A stretch of 63,555 nt of DNA, counting the filler, from Octopus bimaculoides (lineage: Eukaryota): the NCBI RefSeq assembly GCF_001194135.2. It is 8 parts of 7 records of this genome, joined end to end, with 100 filler letters (N's around TTAATTAATTAA, not from the genome) between each part and the next. Parts side by side here need not be neighbours in the genome. Positions count along the whole stretch, not along the records: positions 1 to 8,822 come from NC_068993.1; positions 8,923 to 28,999 come from NC_068989.1; 6 more parts are not named here. The stretch is one strand, 5' to 3'. Shown one piece after another: positions 1-12,434 of the stretch. The position numbers and the translations under genes are program-made. Position 1 is the first letter of the stretch. Each line of letters begins with the position of its first letter. A model generated the notes under the pieces. The model saw nothing but the letters and a program-made list of their open reading frames with translations. It ran no database searches and was not told the DNA's origin.

Positions 1-40
<40 letters not shown>

Positions 41-169
41 ATATACATGTATAAATTTTGATAGGTAGATAGATTTTACATTCAGAGAGAGCGAATGATG
101 TACATATATAAATATGTGTGTACATATTTGTACATATATATATATATGTATATAGAGTCTTTATGCTTG

Positions 170-378
170 TGTTCGTAACCGCCGCCACCGCCGTTTGATA
201 ACCGGTGTTGATTTGTTTGCATCCTTTGTAAACTAGTGGTTCGGAAAAAGAGACTGATAGACTATGTACCCATAGTACATAGTCTAAACATAAGTACCGG
301 GTTCAATTTGTTCGAATAAACTCTTTAAGGTAGCGCCCCAGCATGACCCCAGCCCAATGTCTGAATCAAGCAAGAATA
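170..378 (+). mobile_element. SINE family B (local label), 3' half
   Basis: Matches the post-microsatellite half of the copies at 6771-7163 and 39821-40245 (GATAACCGGTGTTG...GGTTCGGAAAAAGAGAC...CCCCAGCATG...TGAATCAAG); preceded by a TA/TG tract. Confidence 0.7.
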
Positions 379-711
379 TTCAGATTAGCAAATAATATCG
401 TTCGTTACACTTAGAGCGCCAAATGGAAACCGCCATTTTGTTTCACCTTTATTGAATCTCAACACATATAACAGACAGTTAATATGGACAATACCAAGGT
501 ATTGCCAAATTTGATTCCTTCGGTTAGAATAAAGTTTTCATAACTCTACAGACAATTTGTAAACTCGAACAATAAAATAACTGGATAATGTCGAATGAAT
601 GAATAAGCTAAATCAAAATAGATTTTAAATATCTGCATTACTCGCAATTCCGAAGAGACGTATATATACATATATATACATAAGTTCCACACTTAAACAT
701 GAATATGCATT

Positions 712-800
<89 letters not shown>

Positions 801-1553
801 ATGTTCACACACACATATATATACATATATATACATTCCATTATATATTTATACATATATATGTATGTTTGTATGTATGTATATATATATGTGTGTGCGT
901 GTGTATATATATGTATATGTATGAATATATGTACATTCTTTAGTGTTCGTTAATGTAGATATCATTTTGTTTTTTATTATTTTTATATTTGTGTGAGCAT
1001 TCAGTAGCTATTTGGCATCTTACTTCCATGAAATGAAAAATAAATGATAAATAAACAGATAAATGTATAAAACAAGAAAAATGTATGTATATTATATATA
1101 TATATTAAAAAAAACCTAAAAAAAATTATGGTCTTTTGCCAAGAATTATTTTCAGTTTGTCTTGATTTTCGTATTTACTTTTGAAGCTTCAATGGTAAAA
1201 TTTCCTTTCCATGAAGAAACTTGGGAATATTTCTTTTTATAGAATTAGCAGTAGAACGAAACATTGAAGGCACCTCTTACACCGCCATATTGCCTTCGCA
1301 TGCATGTAGTCAAAGAGACATACATACTCACATATACACAGATAGAAACACAGACACACACACACTCACACAACGTACTCGTTCAACGTACACTCAGTGT
1401 GACGTAGTCACACAGGCACGTAGACATTATATACATATATATGAGTGTGTGTGTGTGTAAATATATATATACATATGCATATTCGTATACACATATACAT
1501 ATATATATGTATATATATACATATATATATATACATATATACATATATATGTA

Positions 1554-1602
<49 letters not shown>

Positions 1603-2075
1603 CGTACATATACATCTATATATATATATATATATATATACATATATACACACATATATAAGCGCGTGTGTGTGTGTGTGTGCCAAAGCCCATTAAATTT
1701 ATTCCATGGTTCCAAGTGGATATCCAAGCGAGTATCTCCGATTCTCAGAGGATACGAAGAAGAGATACCAGCGATAGTTAAGAGTACGAACATTCAAATA
1801 CATTAACACATACGCACACACGCGCGTACACACACACGCGCGTACACACACACACACAAACATAGGGAATGTATATATACACATACACATGCGTGTGTGT
1901 ATGTGTATATGTATGTATTTATATATATGTGTGTGTGTCTGAGTGTGTGTATGTATATATATATATCAATATACATATGCATATATATACATGTATATAT
2001 GAATATATATACATATATATATGTAATATATGCATATATGTAGATATAAATATATATAATGTTTATATATAAATC

Positions 2076-2120
<45 letters not shown>

Positions 2121-2330
2121 NNNNNNNNNNNNNNNNNNNNNNNNNNNTATATATACACATATATATATATAATATTAGGGATAAAAATCCAAATTTACAG
2201 GTAAAATCTCAATTTAATTTAATTTATCAAAAATAAAATTAAATTAAGCTTCACAGTATATAATATATAAACATATAATTTAGAGACGTTAATTTGAACT
2301 TATAACGTAAAGAGCCAAAAGAAATGCCGC

Positions 2331-2489
2331 TAGGCTTCCGTACAGTTTTCGTCAACAAAATTCACTCAGAAAGCATTGGTTGGCCCGACGCTATAGGAGA
2401 AAATACACAAGGTGTCGCGCAGTGGGGCTGAACCCGAAACCACGCGGCTGGAAAGCTAGCTTATTAACCATACAACCATGCTTGCGCCT
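2331..2489 (-). mobile_element. SINE family B, 5' tRNA-like half
   Basis: The reverse complement carries GGTTTCGGGTTCAGCCCCACTGCGCGACACCTTG, as in the family B head. Confidence 0.7.
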
Positions 2490-3359
2490 TGTCGAAAGAA
2501 AACTTATCGAATATTTTAAAACTTTTATTAATTTTGTTTCGTTTTTAATTTCGTTTTTAATTTTGTTTTGTGCAATAAAAGCCTGAAGTTCCTGAAGTTC
2601 TTAAATATCTAAAACCTACAATAGTTCCGTTGTGTTTATATTATCAAAATTCCTAAAAATATTTTCTTAATATGCTTCCTTTGAAATAATTCTTGTGAAT
2701 TATTGTAGGTGGGGTTGTCGGGAGAAGATTTATTAGGCCCTCATTAAAATATGCTAATATAGTTATATTAGCTATGAGAGAAATAGACTGTGCCAAAATT
2801 ATCTTGAAACGATTTCAAAATTACATTTGCACAAAAGTTAAGTGCGCATAAACTTTTGTGTCACAGGTAAAGAAAGAATGCACAGCAAATAAGAATTCAG
2901 TGCATACATTACCCCCAAATTTCTGGACTTGTGCCTATGTAAGAAATAAGTGGATTTGCCAACAGCCGAACCTACCCGGGATACACGCAGGGCAACGAAA
3001 GCGTCCTGTAAGCTATCGTTCAATGCCCGCGCTTTACCGACTTGCGGGTTGGTGTCGAACAGTTTCTGTGGCACATATATATATATGGTAAATGAAAGAC
3101 CGAAGATGGAATATACGAGAATTTTTATTAATCACTACAATTGTTTCGGCACATCTTGCATTGATCCCTCACGGATGGGATACTTAACAACTGGTTCAGG
3201 AGTATATTTCGTCCTTGTATTATCTTCAATGTCTTGGGCTCTTCTGAGCAATTAAAGAAATTATTATTGACCGTCGAAATCAAGTGTATCTTTCGTCTAC
3301 CAAAGTCGATAAAATGAAATACCAGATAAATACTACAAATAGCTCTTGCACTTATTTTG

Positions 3360-3443
3360 CACACTGAGCAAAATGTTTAGTGGCATATCGTCTGTCTTTA
3401 CGCCCTGAGTTCAAATTCTACTGTAGTCGACTTATGTTCATCT
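3360..3443 (+). mobile_element. SINE family A fragment
   Basis: CAAAATGTTTAGTGGCAT...GAGTTCAAATTC (B box)...GTCGACTT matches the family A head. Confidence 0.55.
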
Positions 3444-4624
3444 GGCAGTCGCGCGAGAAAGACATATAAAAGCTTTTCTCCATTGAATATGTTATATGAC
3501 AATTAGAAAAGAGAGATATGGATAAGTGATATAATAATAGTTTACATAAAAGTGATATTGATAATTATGTTTATTATTCTCTCGAACAACAATGTTATCT
3601 ATTAGAGCTAATTCCTTCTCATTTAACATGTTATGACATAACCCACCTTTGTTAACAAGGTGCATTTAAGTCAGATAACAGTGTTGTGTAAATAAGATAA
3701 ATGATAGTTGCTACATGAATTTAGGTTTTCTTAAAAACTATCCCAAATAGACATTCTACAATAATTAATTCAAAGGAAAAGGAGGATCGTGTATAACTGA
3801 TGCTTTTTATAACCTGTTTAGCAGTGGCTTGTATTTTTTAATAAACGAACTTCCCTTATTACTTCTTATTGGTCTGGGGTATTGTCTGCATATTGATAGA
3901 GTTGGAAGACAAGCAATTTATGAGATTTGATTTTCGNNNNNNNNNNNNNNNNNNNNNNNNNNNNNNNNNNNNNNNNNNNNNNNNNNNNNNNNNNNNNNNN
4001 NNNNNNNNNNNNNNNNNNNNNNNNNNNNNNNNNNNNNNNNNNNNNNNNNNNNNNNNNNNNNNNNNNNNNNNNNNNNNNNNNNNNNNNNNNNNNNNNNNNN
4101 NNNNNNNNNNNNNNNNNNNNNNNNNNNNNNNNNNNNNNNNNNNNNNNNNNNNNNNNNNNNNNNNNNNNNNNNNNNNNNNNNNNNNNNNNNNNNNNNNNNN
4201 NNNNNNNNNNNNNNNNNNNNNNNNNNNNNNNNNNNNNNNNNNNNNNNNNNNNNNNNNNNNNNNNNNNNNNNNNNNNNNNNNNNNNNNNNNNNNNNNNNNN
4301 NNNNNNNNNNNNNNNNNNNNNNNNNNNNNNNNNNNNNNNNNNNNNNNNNNNNNNNNNNNNNNNNNNNNNNNNNNNNNNNNNNNNNNNNNNNNNNNNNNNN
4401 NNNNNNNNNNNNNNNNNNNNNNNNNNNNNNNNNNNNNNNNNNNNNNNNNNNNNNNNNNNNNNNNNNNNNNNNNNNNNNNNNNNNNNNNNNNNNNNNNNNN
4501 NNNNNNNNNNNNNNNNNNNNNNNNNNNNNNNNNNNNNNNNNNNNNNNNNNNNNNNNNNNNNNNNNNNNNNNNNNNNNNNNNNNNNNNNNNNNNNNNNNNN
4601 NNNNNNNNNNNNNNNNNNNNNNNN

Positions 4625-4655
<31 letters not shown>

Positions 4656-6249
4656 TTCTGTTTCTCTGTCTCGCCTTTTCCTACTCACTGTTTTCCCTTG
4701 TGCCCAACTAAATAGTTTTTTCCCCCATAATCTTCCTGCTTCCATTTGATCCCTTTCTTCTCTTTACCCGACCAATCTATCTTTTGATCCACTTATCTTA
4801 TTTGCTCTCAGCCTGAATACTTATACACGGAAAGATCACATACGCATCGCACACACTTATAAACATATATATGTGTGTGTGTGTTTGTGTGTGTGTGTGC
4901 CTGAGTGTGTGTGTGTTTGTGTGTGTGTGTGCCTGAGTATGTGTGTGCAGTATATAAGTATATGTTTATGCATTTATAGATAGGCTTTATACACTAATAT
5001 TGTAAATATAGATACATCTAAGCATTTATAAATACACGTACATACGTACGAGCATACATCACACATGCATACGTACATACATACATACATACATACATAC
5101 ATACATACATACGTACATACATGCATACATACATATATACATATATACATACATACAATCACATACACACATACATACATGCCTAAAGGTATATAAAGGT
5201 ATACTTCTTCTCCCCAAGATTCCACTGCCAAACTGATTCGTTGAAATTAATTACTCTGTTGGAGATAATGCCACAGTGGCTTCTTTGACGCTATTTATAG
5301 TCAAAGACTATAAGGCGATGATGGTGGTTGTGCTGGTGGTTGTGCTGGTGGTGGTGGTGGTGGTGGTGGTGGTNNNNNNNNNNNNNNNNNNNNNNNNNNN
5401 NNNNNNNNNNNNNNNNNNNNNNNNNNNNNNNNNNNNNNNNNNNNNNNNNNNNNNNNNNNNNNNNNNNNNNNNNNNNNNNNNNNNNNNNNNNNNNNNNNNN
5501 NNNNNNNNNNNNNNNNNNNNNNNNNNNNNNNNNNNNNNNNNNNNNNNNNNNNNNNNNNNNNNNNNNNNNNNNNNNNNNNNNNNNNNNNNNNNNNNNNNNN
5601 NNNNNNNNNNNNNNNNNNNNNNNNNNNNNNNNNNNNNNNNNNNNNNNNNNNNNNNNNNNNNNNNNNNNNNNNNNNNNNNNNNNNNNNNNNNNNNNNNNNN
5701 NNNNNNNNNNNNNNNNNNNNNNNNNNNNNNNNNNNNNNNNNNNNNNNNNNNNNNNNNNNNNNNNNNNNNNNNNNNNNNNNNNNNNNNNNNNNNNNNNNNN
5801 NNNNNNNNNNNNNNNNNNNNNNNNNNNNNNNNNNNNNNNNNNNNNNNNNNNNNNNNNNNNNNNNNNNNNNNNNNNNNNNNNNNNNNNNNNNNNNNNNNNN
5901 NNNNNNNNNNNNNNNNNNNNNNNNNNNNNNNNNNNNNNNNNNNNNNNNNNNNNNNNNNNNNNNNNNNNNNNNNNNNNNNNNNNNNNNNNNNNNNNNNNNN
6001 NNNNNNNNNNNNNNNNNNNNNNNNNNNNNNNNNNNNNNNNNNNNNNNNNNNNNNNNNNNNNNNNNNNNNNNNNNNNNNNNNNNNNNNNNNNNNNNNNNNN
6101 NNNNNNNNNNNNNNNNNNNNNNNNNNNNNNNNNNNNNNNNNNNNNNNNNNNNNNNNNNNNNNNNNNNNNNNNNCGCCCTTCACCACCGCTCCACACCGAC
6201 CCAGCACCAAAAACTCACGGCTATCTCACCTAGTTTACACACCGTAGCT

Positions 6250-6488
6250 TTTACGACCACCTTCAGCACCAACGCCAACATCACTATCGTCATCATCATA
6301 ATCATCATCATCATAATCATCATCATCATAATCATCATCAACATCATCATCATCATTATCATTATCATCAATATTATACCTGTTAATCTTCGTCAAAATC
6401 CCCCTGTCCCTTACCAACACCATCAACATCGTTATCTTTTGGAATGGCTTTGATCATAAATTTTGCTCACTCAGAGTTGACCAGGGAT

Positions 6489-6522
<34 letters not shown>

Positions 6523-6592
6523 CGACAACAACGACAACAACGACAACAACGACAACAACGACAACAACAACAACGCCGACGACGACTGATAA
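6250..6592. repeat. Compound CAT/CAA/GAC trinucleotide microsatellite
   Basis: Seen directly. Confidence 0.9.
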
Positions 6593-6770
6593 CAACGGAG
6601 TCTCTTTCGACTTATAACGAAACTCCCACGTGATTGTTGCAACCAGTTAGAAAATAACAGTCAATTGTTCTTCGAATTGCGCCACCATTGTCTAGGGAAC
6701 GAAAAGAACACATTGAATTGTGTATTCTTAGACGTACATAGGTGTATTCCCAAAATGACTGGATAGGTAG

Positions 6771-6928
6771 AGGCGTGACTGTGTGGTTAGAAGTTTGCTT
6801 CTCAACCACATGGTTCCGAGTTCAGTCCCACTGCGTGGCACCTTGAGCATATGTCTTCTACTATGGCCTCGGGTCGACGAAAGCTTCGTCATTGGATTTT
6901 GGTAGACGGAAACTGAAAGAAGCCCGTC

Positions 6929-6991
<63 letters not shown>

Positions 6992-7163
6992 ACACCACCG
7001 CTTGACAACCGGTGTTGGTGTATTTACGTCACGTAACTTAGCAGTTCGGCAATAGAGAAGGATAAAATAAGTACCAGACTTTAAAACTATTGGGGTTGAG
7101 TCATTCGATTAAAAGTTCTTCAAGGCGATGCCCCAGCATGGCTGCAGTCTAATAAGGAACCAA
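6771..7163 (+). mobile_element. tRNA-derived SINE family B, full length, with internal (TG)n; possibly the CORE-type octopus SINE OR2
   Basis: A-box-like TGGTTAGAAG, B-box-like GAGTTCAGTCC, then CCTTGAGCA/CCTTGGGCAAG reminiscent of the CORE domain, an internal (GT)n tract and a 3' half shared with other copies. The OR2 name is recalled, not verified. Confidence 0.8.
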
Positions 7164-7720
7164 GGAAAGGAAAGGAACGAACGAAGAGACGAACGAAGAG
7201 ACGAACGAAGAAAGAAAGAAAGAAAGAAAGAAAGAACGGAGTGAAAAACACAGAAGGGAGGAATGAAATAGAGAAAGAAACAAAGAAGAACAAACAAACG
7301 AAGAAAACGGGAAAAGATAAGGAACGAGAAAAAGAAGGCAGAAGACGATAGAAATGAAGGAGAGCCGAAAGAAGAAGCAAACATCTGCCTATAACTATCA
7401 TGAAACTAGGTCAAAATAAGAGTAGTACCTTTTTACACACACACACACACACNNNNNNNNNNNNNNNNNNNNNNNNNNNNNNNNNNNNNNNNNNNNNNNN
7501 NNNNNNNNNNNNNNNNNNNNNNNNNNNNNNNNNNNNNNNNNNNNNNNNNNNNCACACACACACACATATACATATATATATATATATACACACATAAACA
7601 TATCCGTGTTTTATGTGTGTGTATATACATACATACATGCATACATACATACATATTCTTTTACTTGTTTCAGTCATTGGATTACGACCATGTCAGGTTA
7701 CTGACTCGAAGGGTTTAATC

Positions 7721-7950
7721 CAGTGTTTCTCAACCATATTTTACTCGTCGACCCCTTCGATCCCCATTTTGTTCAAGTGGACCCTCATAGCCATTCGATG
7801 TTTAAAAAGTCGTATTATGTGTTTAGAATTAAATATTATTAGAAATTGTCTACAGAATTTTTTTAAATATTTTGTGCATTGCCCATAAATTTTAGCAACA
7901 AAATTTTATATGAGCCCCTAACGGCCAAATGTACCCTGGCTGAGACATGT
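7721..7950 (+). mobile_element. Probable hAT-type MITE
   Basis: Begins CAGTGTTTCTCAACC (Charlie-like TIR); degenerate right end GGCTGAGACATG. Confidence 0.4.
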
Positions 7951-8199
7951 TCAAATGATCAAATGTTCATATATGTATGTATGCATGTATACACATGTAT
8001 ATACACAAATTTTGTATATATATGGAACTTGTCAAATTCTGTGTGTCTGTGTATATGTATGCAAAATGTATTTATATACATGTGTACACATGCATACATA
8101 CATATATATATGAGAACATTTGATTGTTTAAACATGTTTGTTCGATTTCTACTTCGTAATTTCAAACTCTGTTAAAATCCCTTTGTTTTATATACATGG

Positions 8200-8351
8200 G
8201 ATTCCACGCAGTTTCCGTCTATCATATTCACACACAAGATGTTGGTTGGCCCGGGCTATAGTAGAAGACTCTTGCCCAAGGTGCCATGCAGTAGGACTGA
8301 ACTCGGAATCACGTTGCTGCAAATTGAATTTCTTGGCCATATAACCATACC
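8200..8351 (-). mobile_element. SINE family B, 5' half
   Basis: Plus strand GGCCCGGGCTATAGTAGAAGACTCTTGCCCAAGGTGCCATGCAGTAGGACTGAACTCGG is the reverse complement of the family B head. Confidence 0.8.
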
Positions 8352-8603
8352 TGTCCGTACTTCGGTATATTCGATGTTTTAATGTTCATACTCTGCCGGT
8401 CTATTAGTAATTTCTCATCGGTTGTAACATTCTGCCAATACCAGAATAAACATGTTTTGTTGTTCTTTTTCTCGACCAGGAAGCAAATTCCTAATTTCAT
8501 GATCTTGCAGATATTCTTTTTGCGTATTTGGCGAAAACTGGCAGGAACTTAACTTTACCATGTTGTGTATGTATGTATGCATGTATACATATATATATAT
8601 TAA

Positions 8604-8650
<47 letters not shown>

Positions 8651-8687
8651 GTATATATATATATATATATTGATATACATATACACA

Positions 8688-8725
<38 letters not shown>

Positions 8726-8822
8726 AAGTGTAGTATATTGCCACTTAAGTGTGGCTGACCCCTAGGGGTGGATGTTACTGTTGCTTTTAGCCCCAGGAGG
8801 ACATCTCCTCCAGCTGGCTTAT

Positions 8823-8922
8823 NNNNNNNNNNNNNNNNNNNNNNNNNNNNNNNNNNNNNNNNNNNNTTAATTAATTAANNNNNNNNNNNNNNNNNNNNNN
8901 NNNNNNNNNNNNNNNNNNNNNN
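8823..8922. other. Artificial scaffold-joining linker (44N-TTAATTAATTAA-44N)
   Basis: Exactly 100 bp, with 44 N either side of a 12-mer that gives stops in all six frames; the same structure occurs 7 times. Confidence 0.95.
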
Positions 8923-8991
8923 TCGAAAGGAAAAACTCTACATTTGTATTTTGTCCCCTCTATGTTGAGCTCTGTGTGGCTAATAAAGAAA
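8923..8991 (+). mobile_element. 3' UTR end of L1/Tx1-like LINE (copy 1, cut by linker)
   Basis: Matches the end of the element at 9715-10470 (CTCTACATT...TGTATT...CCCCTCT...GGCTAATAAAGAAA); followed by (TCTA)n. Confidence 0.75.
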
Positions 8992-9080
8992 CATATCTAT
9001 CTGTCTATCTATCGGTCTATCTATCTATCGGTCTATCTATCTATCGGTCTATCTATCTATCGGTCTATCTATCTATCTAT

Positions 9081-9233
9081 GTACTCTTTTCTGTGACACC
9101 CTGTCCCTTTTGATTGCCTTTCTTTTTACACGATCCCTTTTGATCGGAAATTTGTTTTCTCCTCTTTTTTTCTATTTACTTTACATTGTATTTTGTCCCC
9201 TCTGTGTTCGGCCCTGTGTGGCTAATAAAGAAA
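9081..9233 (+). mobile_element. 5'-truncated 3' UTR of the same L1/Tx1-like LINE (copy 2)
   Basis: Shares CGATCCCTTTTGATCG and CCCCTCTGTGTTCGGCCCTG...GCTAATAAAGAAA with copy 3; has (TCTA)n on both sides. Confidence 0.8.
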
Positions 9234-9240
9234 GATTTTT

Positions 9241-9326
<86 letters not shown>

Positions 9327-9714
9327 GGCTGTCGTCGCCTTCGTCTGCGTAAGTCTAATCAATTTCTCGTATTTATATATGTTTGTTTATATTGATTTTT
9401 TGTCAACAGTTGGTTAACAACATCAGGTTTCGTGTAATTGAATCGGTCTTCCGAAAATACACACGCTGGGGCGTATTTTCGCTTCTTAAATTTCATTAAA
9501 TAATATTTTCTTTTCAATCTGTCTTGAAAAATGGATAACTTGGGCTAAAGCGGCTAGCGTTCCATCGTCTTTCATGGGCATTAATTTCCTTGCGTTACCG
9601 AACATTGCAGGGAAGAGAGAAAGCATTGAATTACATTCACACATACACTGTTGAACAACGTCAACACACACACACACACTGACAACAGGGTTCCAAGCAA
9701 GCAAGTGGGAAAGG

Positions 9715-10470
9715 AAGGCATTCGCGATAAGCTCTACAGTCACGGTTCGAGAAACACCAGACCGACTTGCCCGAGATCCGGTCAGAGCGACGAAACCGTT
9801 CTGCATCCACTCGTGCAATGTCCAAGCATTTCAGACCTGTGGGCTTATGTCGAATGGCTGCTGTCACATGTGGAACAAATTCGGTTGTCGGCCGAGTCTA
9901 TCGTGAATATTGTCGATCCACCTTCCTTTAACCGGGAAGGCAAGACAGTTTTCATTGTACTGGTGGCTATGGTGAAAGAATGTATGTAGTGGACTCGTGC
10001 TTTCTTCTCTGGCCAATAGCTCATCAACTTTTTCAAGTACCACTCGAAAAGGAAGGTGAGAATAGAGAAAGAAGCTGTGTCTCATGAAAGTTTCAATAAA
10101 AGGTGGATGAATGTAGCAAAGATGGTGCGCGTGAATGACAAAACACTTTGAACACGGTCCTTTAAATCTAAGAAAGGGAGGGAGAGAGAGAGAGAGCGAG
10201 AGAGCGCGCTTTGCTCTCATATGTTCATTCCCTGCTTGAGGTTACCGTGGTCTTTTTCGTAGGCTTTTCTTTCCACGGATAAACCTAATTTGCATTACAC
10301 TTTTACACCCCCTTTTAGGAACTCTGTTATAAACAGAACAGAGTTATTTCGCTGTTTACACGTCCCTAACGCTTCGATCCCTTTTGATCGTATTTTTGTC
10401 TCTTTCGAAAAGAAAAGCTCTACATTGTATTGACCCCTCTGTGTTCGGCCCTGCCTGGCTAATAAAGAAA
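9715..10470 (+). mobile_element. 5'-truncated L1/Tx1-clade LINE: ORF2 C-terminus (zf-RVT-like CCHC) plus 3' UTR
   Basis: Translation RDKLYSHGSR..TCPRSGQSDETVLHPLVQCPSISDLW fits the C-x2-C-x7-H-x4-C finger of L1/Tx1 ORF2 (second C mutated); continues through stops to NFFKYHSKRKVRIE..FNKRWMNVAKM; ends in AATAAAGAAA plus (TCCA/TCTA)n. Confidence 0.75.
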
Positions 10471-10517
10471 TCCATCTGTTCATCCATCCACCCATCCAAC
10501 CATCCATCCATCCATCC

Positions 10518-10565
<48 letters not shown>

Positions 10566-10974
10566 CCTCCAAAATTGACATACCATTAAGGATTACGACA
10601 AGCTTGTTGTCCCGAGATAATAGGTCAGTAGTGGACACATGTTCGTTTAGCAGACCTCCAGAGAAGACGCCTAATATTTTAATCAAAATGGCATGACTAC
10701 TTCGAAGAATAGTTGATTCTTGAGATTGTTAAACCTTCTCATGTGGGACTGATCATAATAGCCAATTCGTAATTATGTCATTCTTTAACGATGGAGTGAA
10801 TTTTAATACATCACGAATTTATGTCACATAACATTTCATATATCTGTCGTTGCCTATGTTCTTCAGACAAACTTTACTGGCGCACATAAATACATACACA
10901 CATACATGCATGCATAAATGCATACATACATAAATAAATACATACATACATACATACATACATACATACATACA

Positions 10975-11655
10975 ATCCAGGAACAAGAAATATTAACCAA
11001 ATACCTGATGTGCAAAAGGGATAGAGATGCAGCAAAAGCAGTAATATGTGATAACCGATGCAGACTTTGTGGAGTTAACACCAAAGATATCACCTCACTC
11101 ACATCATAAGCAGTTGTCCGAAAATGTCATCACGGTATTATCTACCAGTAGGACATGATGATGTAACTAGGACACTCTATTATGAAATCCGTTGGAAAGA
11201 TAAGCCCGAGGTCAAAGAAATAAGAACCCACAGTATGGTAGAAGCCATAGCCACTCATAATAAAAAAGATAACTGGGTGAATGTCCCACTGAATAAAATG
11301 TAAGCACAACAGACCTGTTATAAGGATATGGGATAGAGAAGAGAAACTGTGTACAGTATTGGAAAGTAGCTGCCAAGCAGATGTTAACATAAAGCTCAAG
11401 ATCAGTGAAAAAGAGAACATCTACGCTGAACTATTGAGAAATATGCAGTTACTCTAACCAGATTACGAGTTCATGTTTATGCCTGTAATTATTGGGGCCC
11501 TGGGATTTGTAACACACTGCCTAAATACCAATTTTGAGAAATTAGGCTTCTCAAAACCAGAGAGGAGAAAGCTAATTCGAAGACAACAGATCCAATCCAT
11601 CACTGCAACTGTAAAAACCTGTAAAACTTCCCAGAAGTTTATCATTCAAATATAT
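10975..11655 (+). mobile_element. Decayed 3' part of an RLE-encoding (R4/Dong-like) non-LTR retrotransposon
   Basis: Across frameshifts: CRLCGVNT.DI..HIISSCPKMSSRYYLPV.HDDV (zinc knuckle plus RHD motif), KHNRP..IWDREEKLC..ES.C.ADVNIKLKISEKENIY (PD..D/E endonuclease region), PVIIGALG. Confidence 0.8.
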
Positions 11656-11906
11656 ATCCTTATGTGAGATCCTTATGTGAAGAGGTATACACATTTAGAT
11701 GTATGCATTGACAGTTCAACCAACACACTAACTGAACCACATGTTTTCAAACATCAGGAACTCTCTCAACTCAAAAAGTCATGTCGTTTTGCTAGCGACC
11801 GGCTTGAATTCTCTCAAGAATAACTTAAATAAAACTTAAAAGAAAATCATACATATATGTGTGTATATATGCATGTGTATGTAAATATATATAGTGTATG
11901 TGTGTA

Positions 11907-11955
<49 letters not shown>

Positions 11956-12434
11956 GAGTGCGCGTATGTGTGAGTGCGTGTGCGTGTGTGTGTATGTGCG
12001 TGTGTTTGAATGCGTGCGTGTGTGCGTGTTAGTGTTTAAATAAAGCCCTGCGGACCTATGTTCCCTGTAATTCTTAGTTCCCATCGTATGCATGTGTTTT
12101 TAAGTTGTGCAGATTTCCCCCCTGTCACATCCCCTGAATGTAGAATAAACACAATTATTAATTACTGCAATTAATTACAATTTCAGACAATAAAACCTAT
12201 CTGTGTATATTAATTTTTTCCATTCTGCACACACGTGCTCGCCATTTTGAGAGAAAATCGATCAGAACCTAAACATATAGTTACAGAAGCGTAGGAAATA
12301 CTACAATTTTATACTGCACATATATTGGGCTGAACACTTCCAATACCATAGAAAAAGATGGAAGCAAAATAAAATTACTGCAGATTCGCAAGGCACAAAT
12401 TCTTTGGTTATTCATTGAATGCATACGACATTAT

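Noticed and set aside
638-2160. Many ORFs rich in YI/HT/CV repeats (also throughout the window)
   Set aside because: Translations of TA/CA/TG microsatellites, which lack stops in some frames; not genes
2975-3010. ACGCAGGGCAACGAAAGCGTCCTG resembling a hammerhead 3' half
   Set aside because: No CUGANGA and no helix II
3869-6247. Long ORFs of 260-420 aa here and at 23457-24151 and 54442-55805
   Set aside because: They consist of X residues from N gaps
8867-8878. TTAATTAATTAA as a biological motif (PacI-like or homeodomain site)
   Set aside because: Always centred in exactly 44+44 N; an assembly linker
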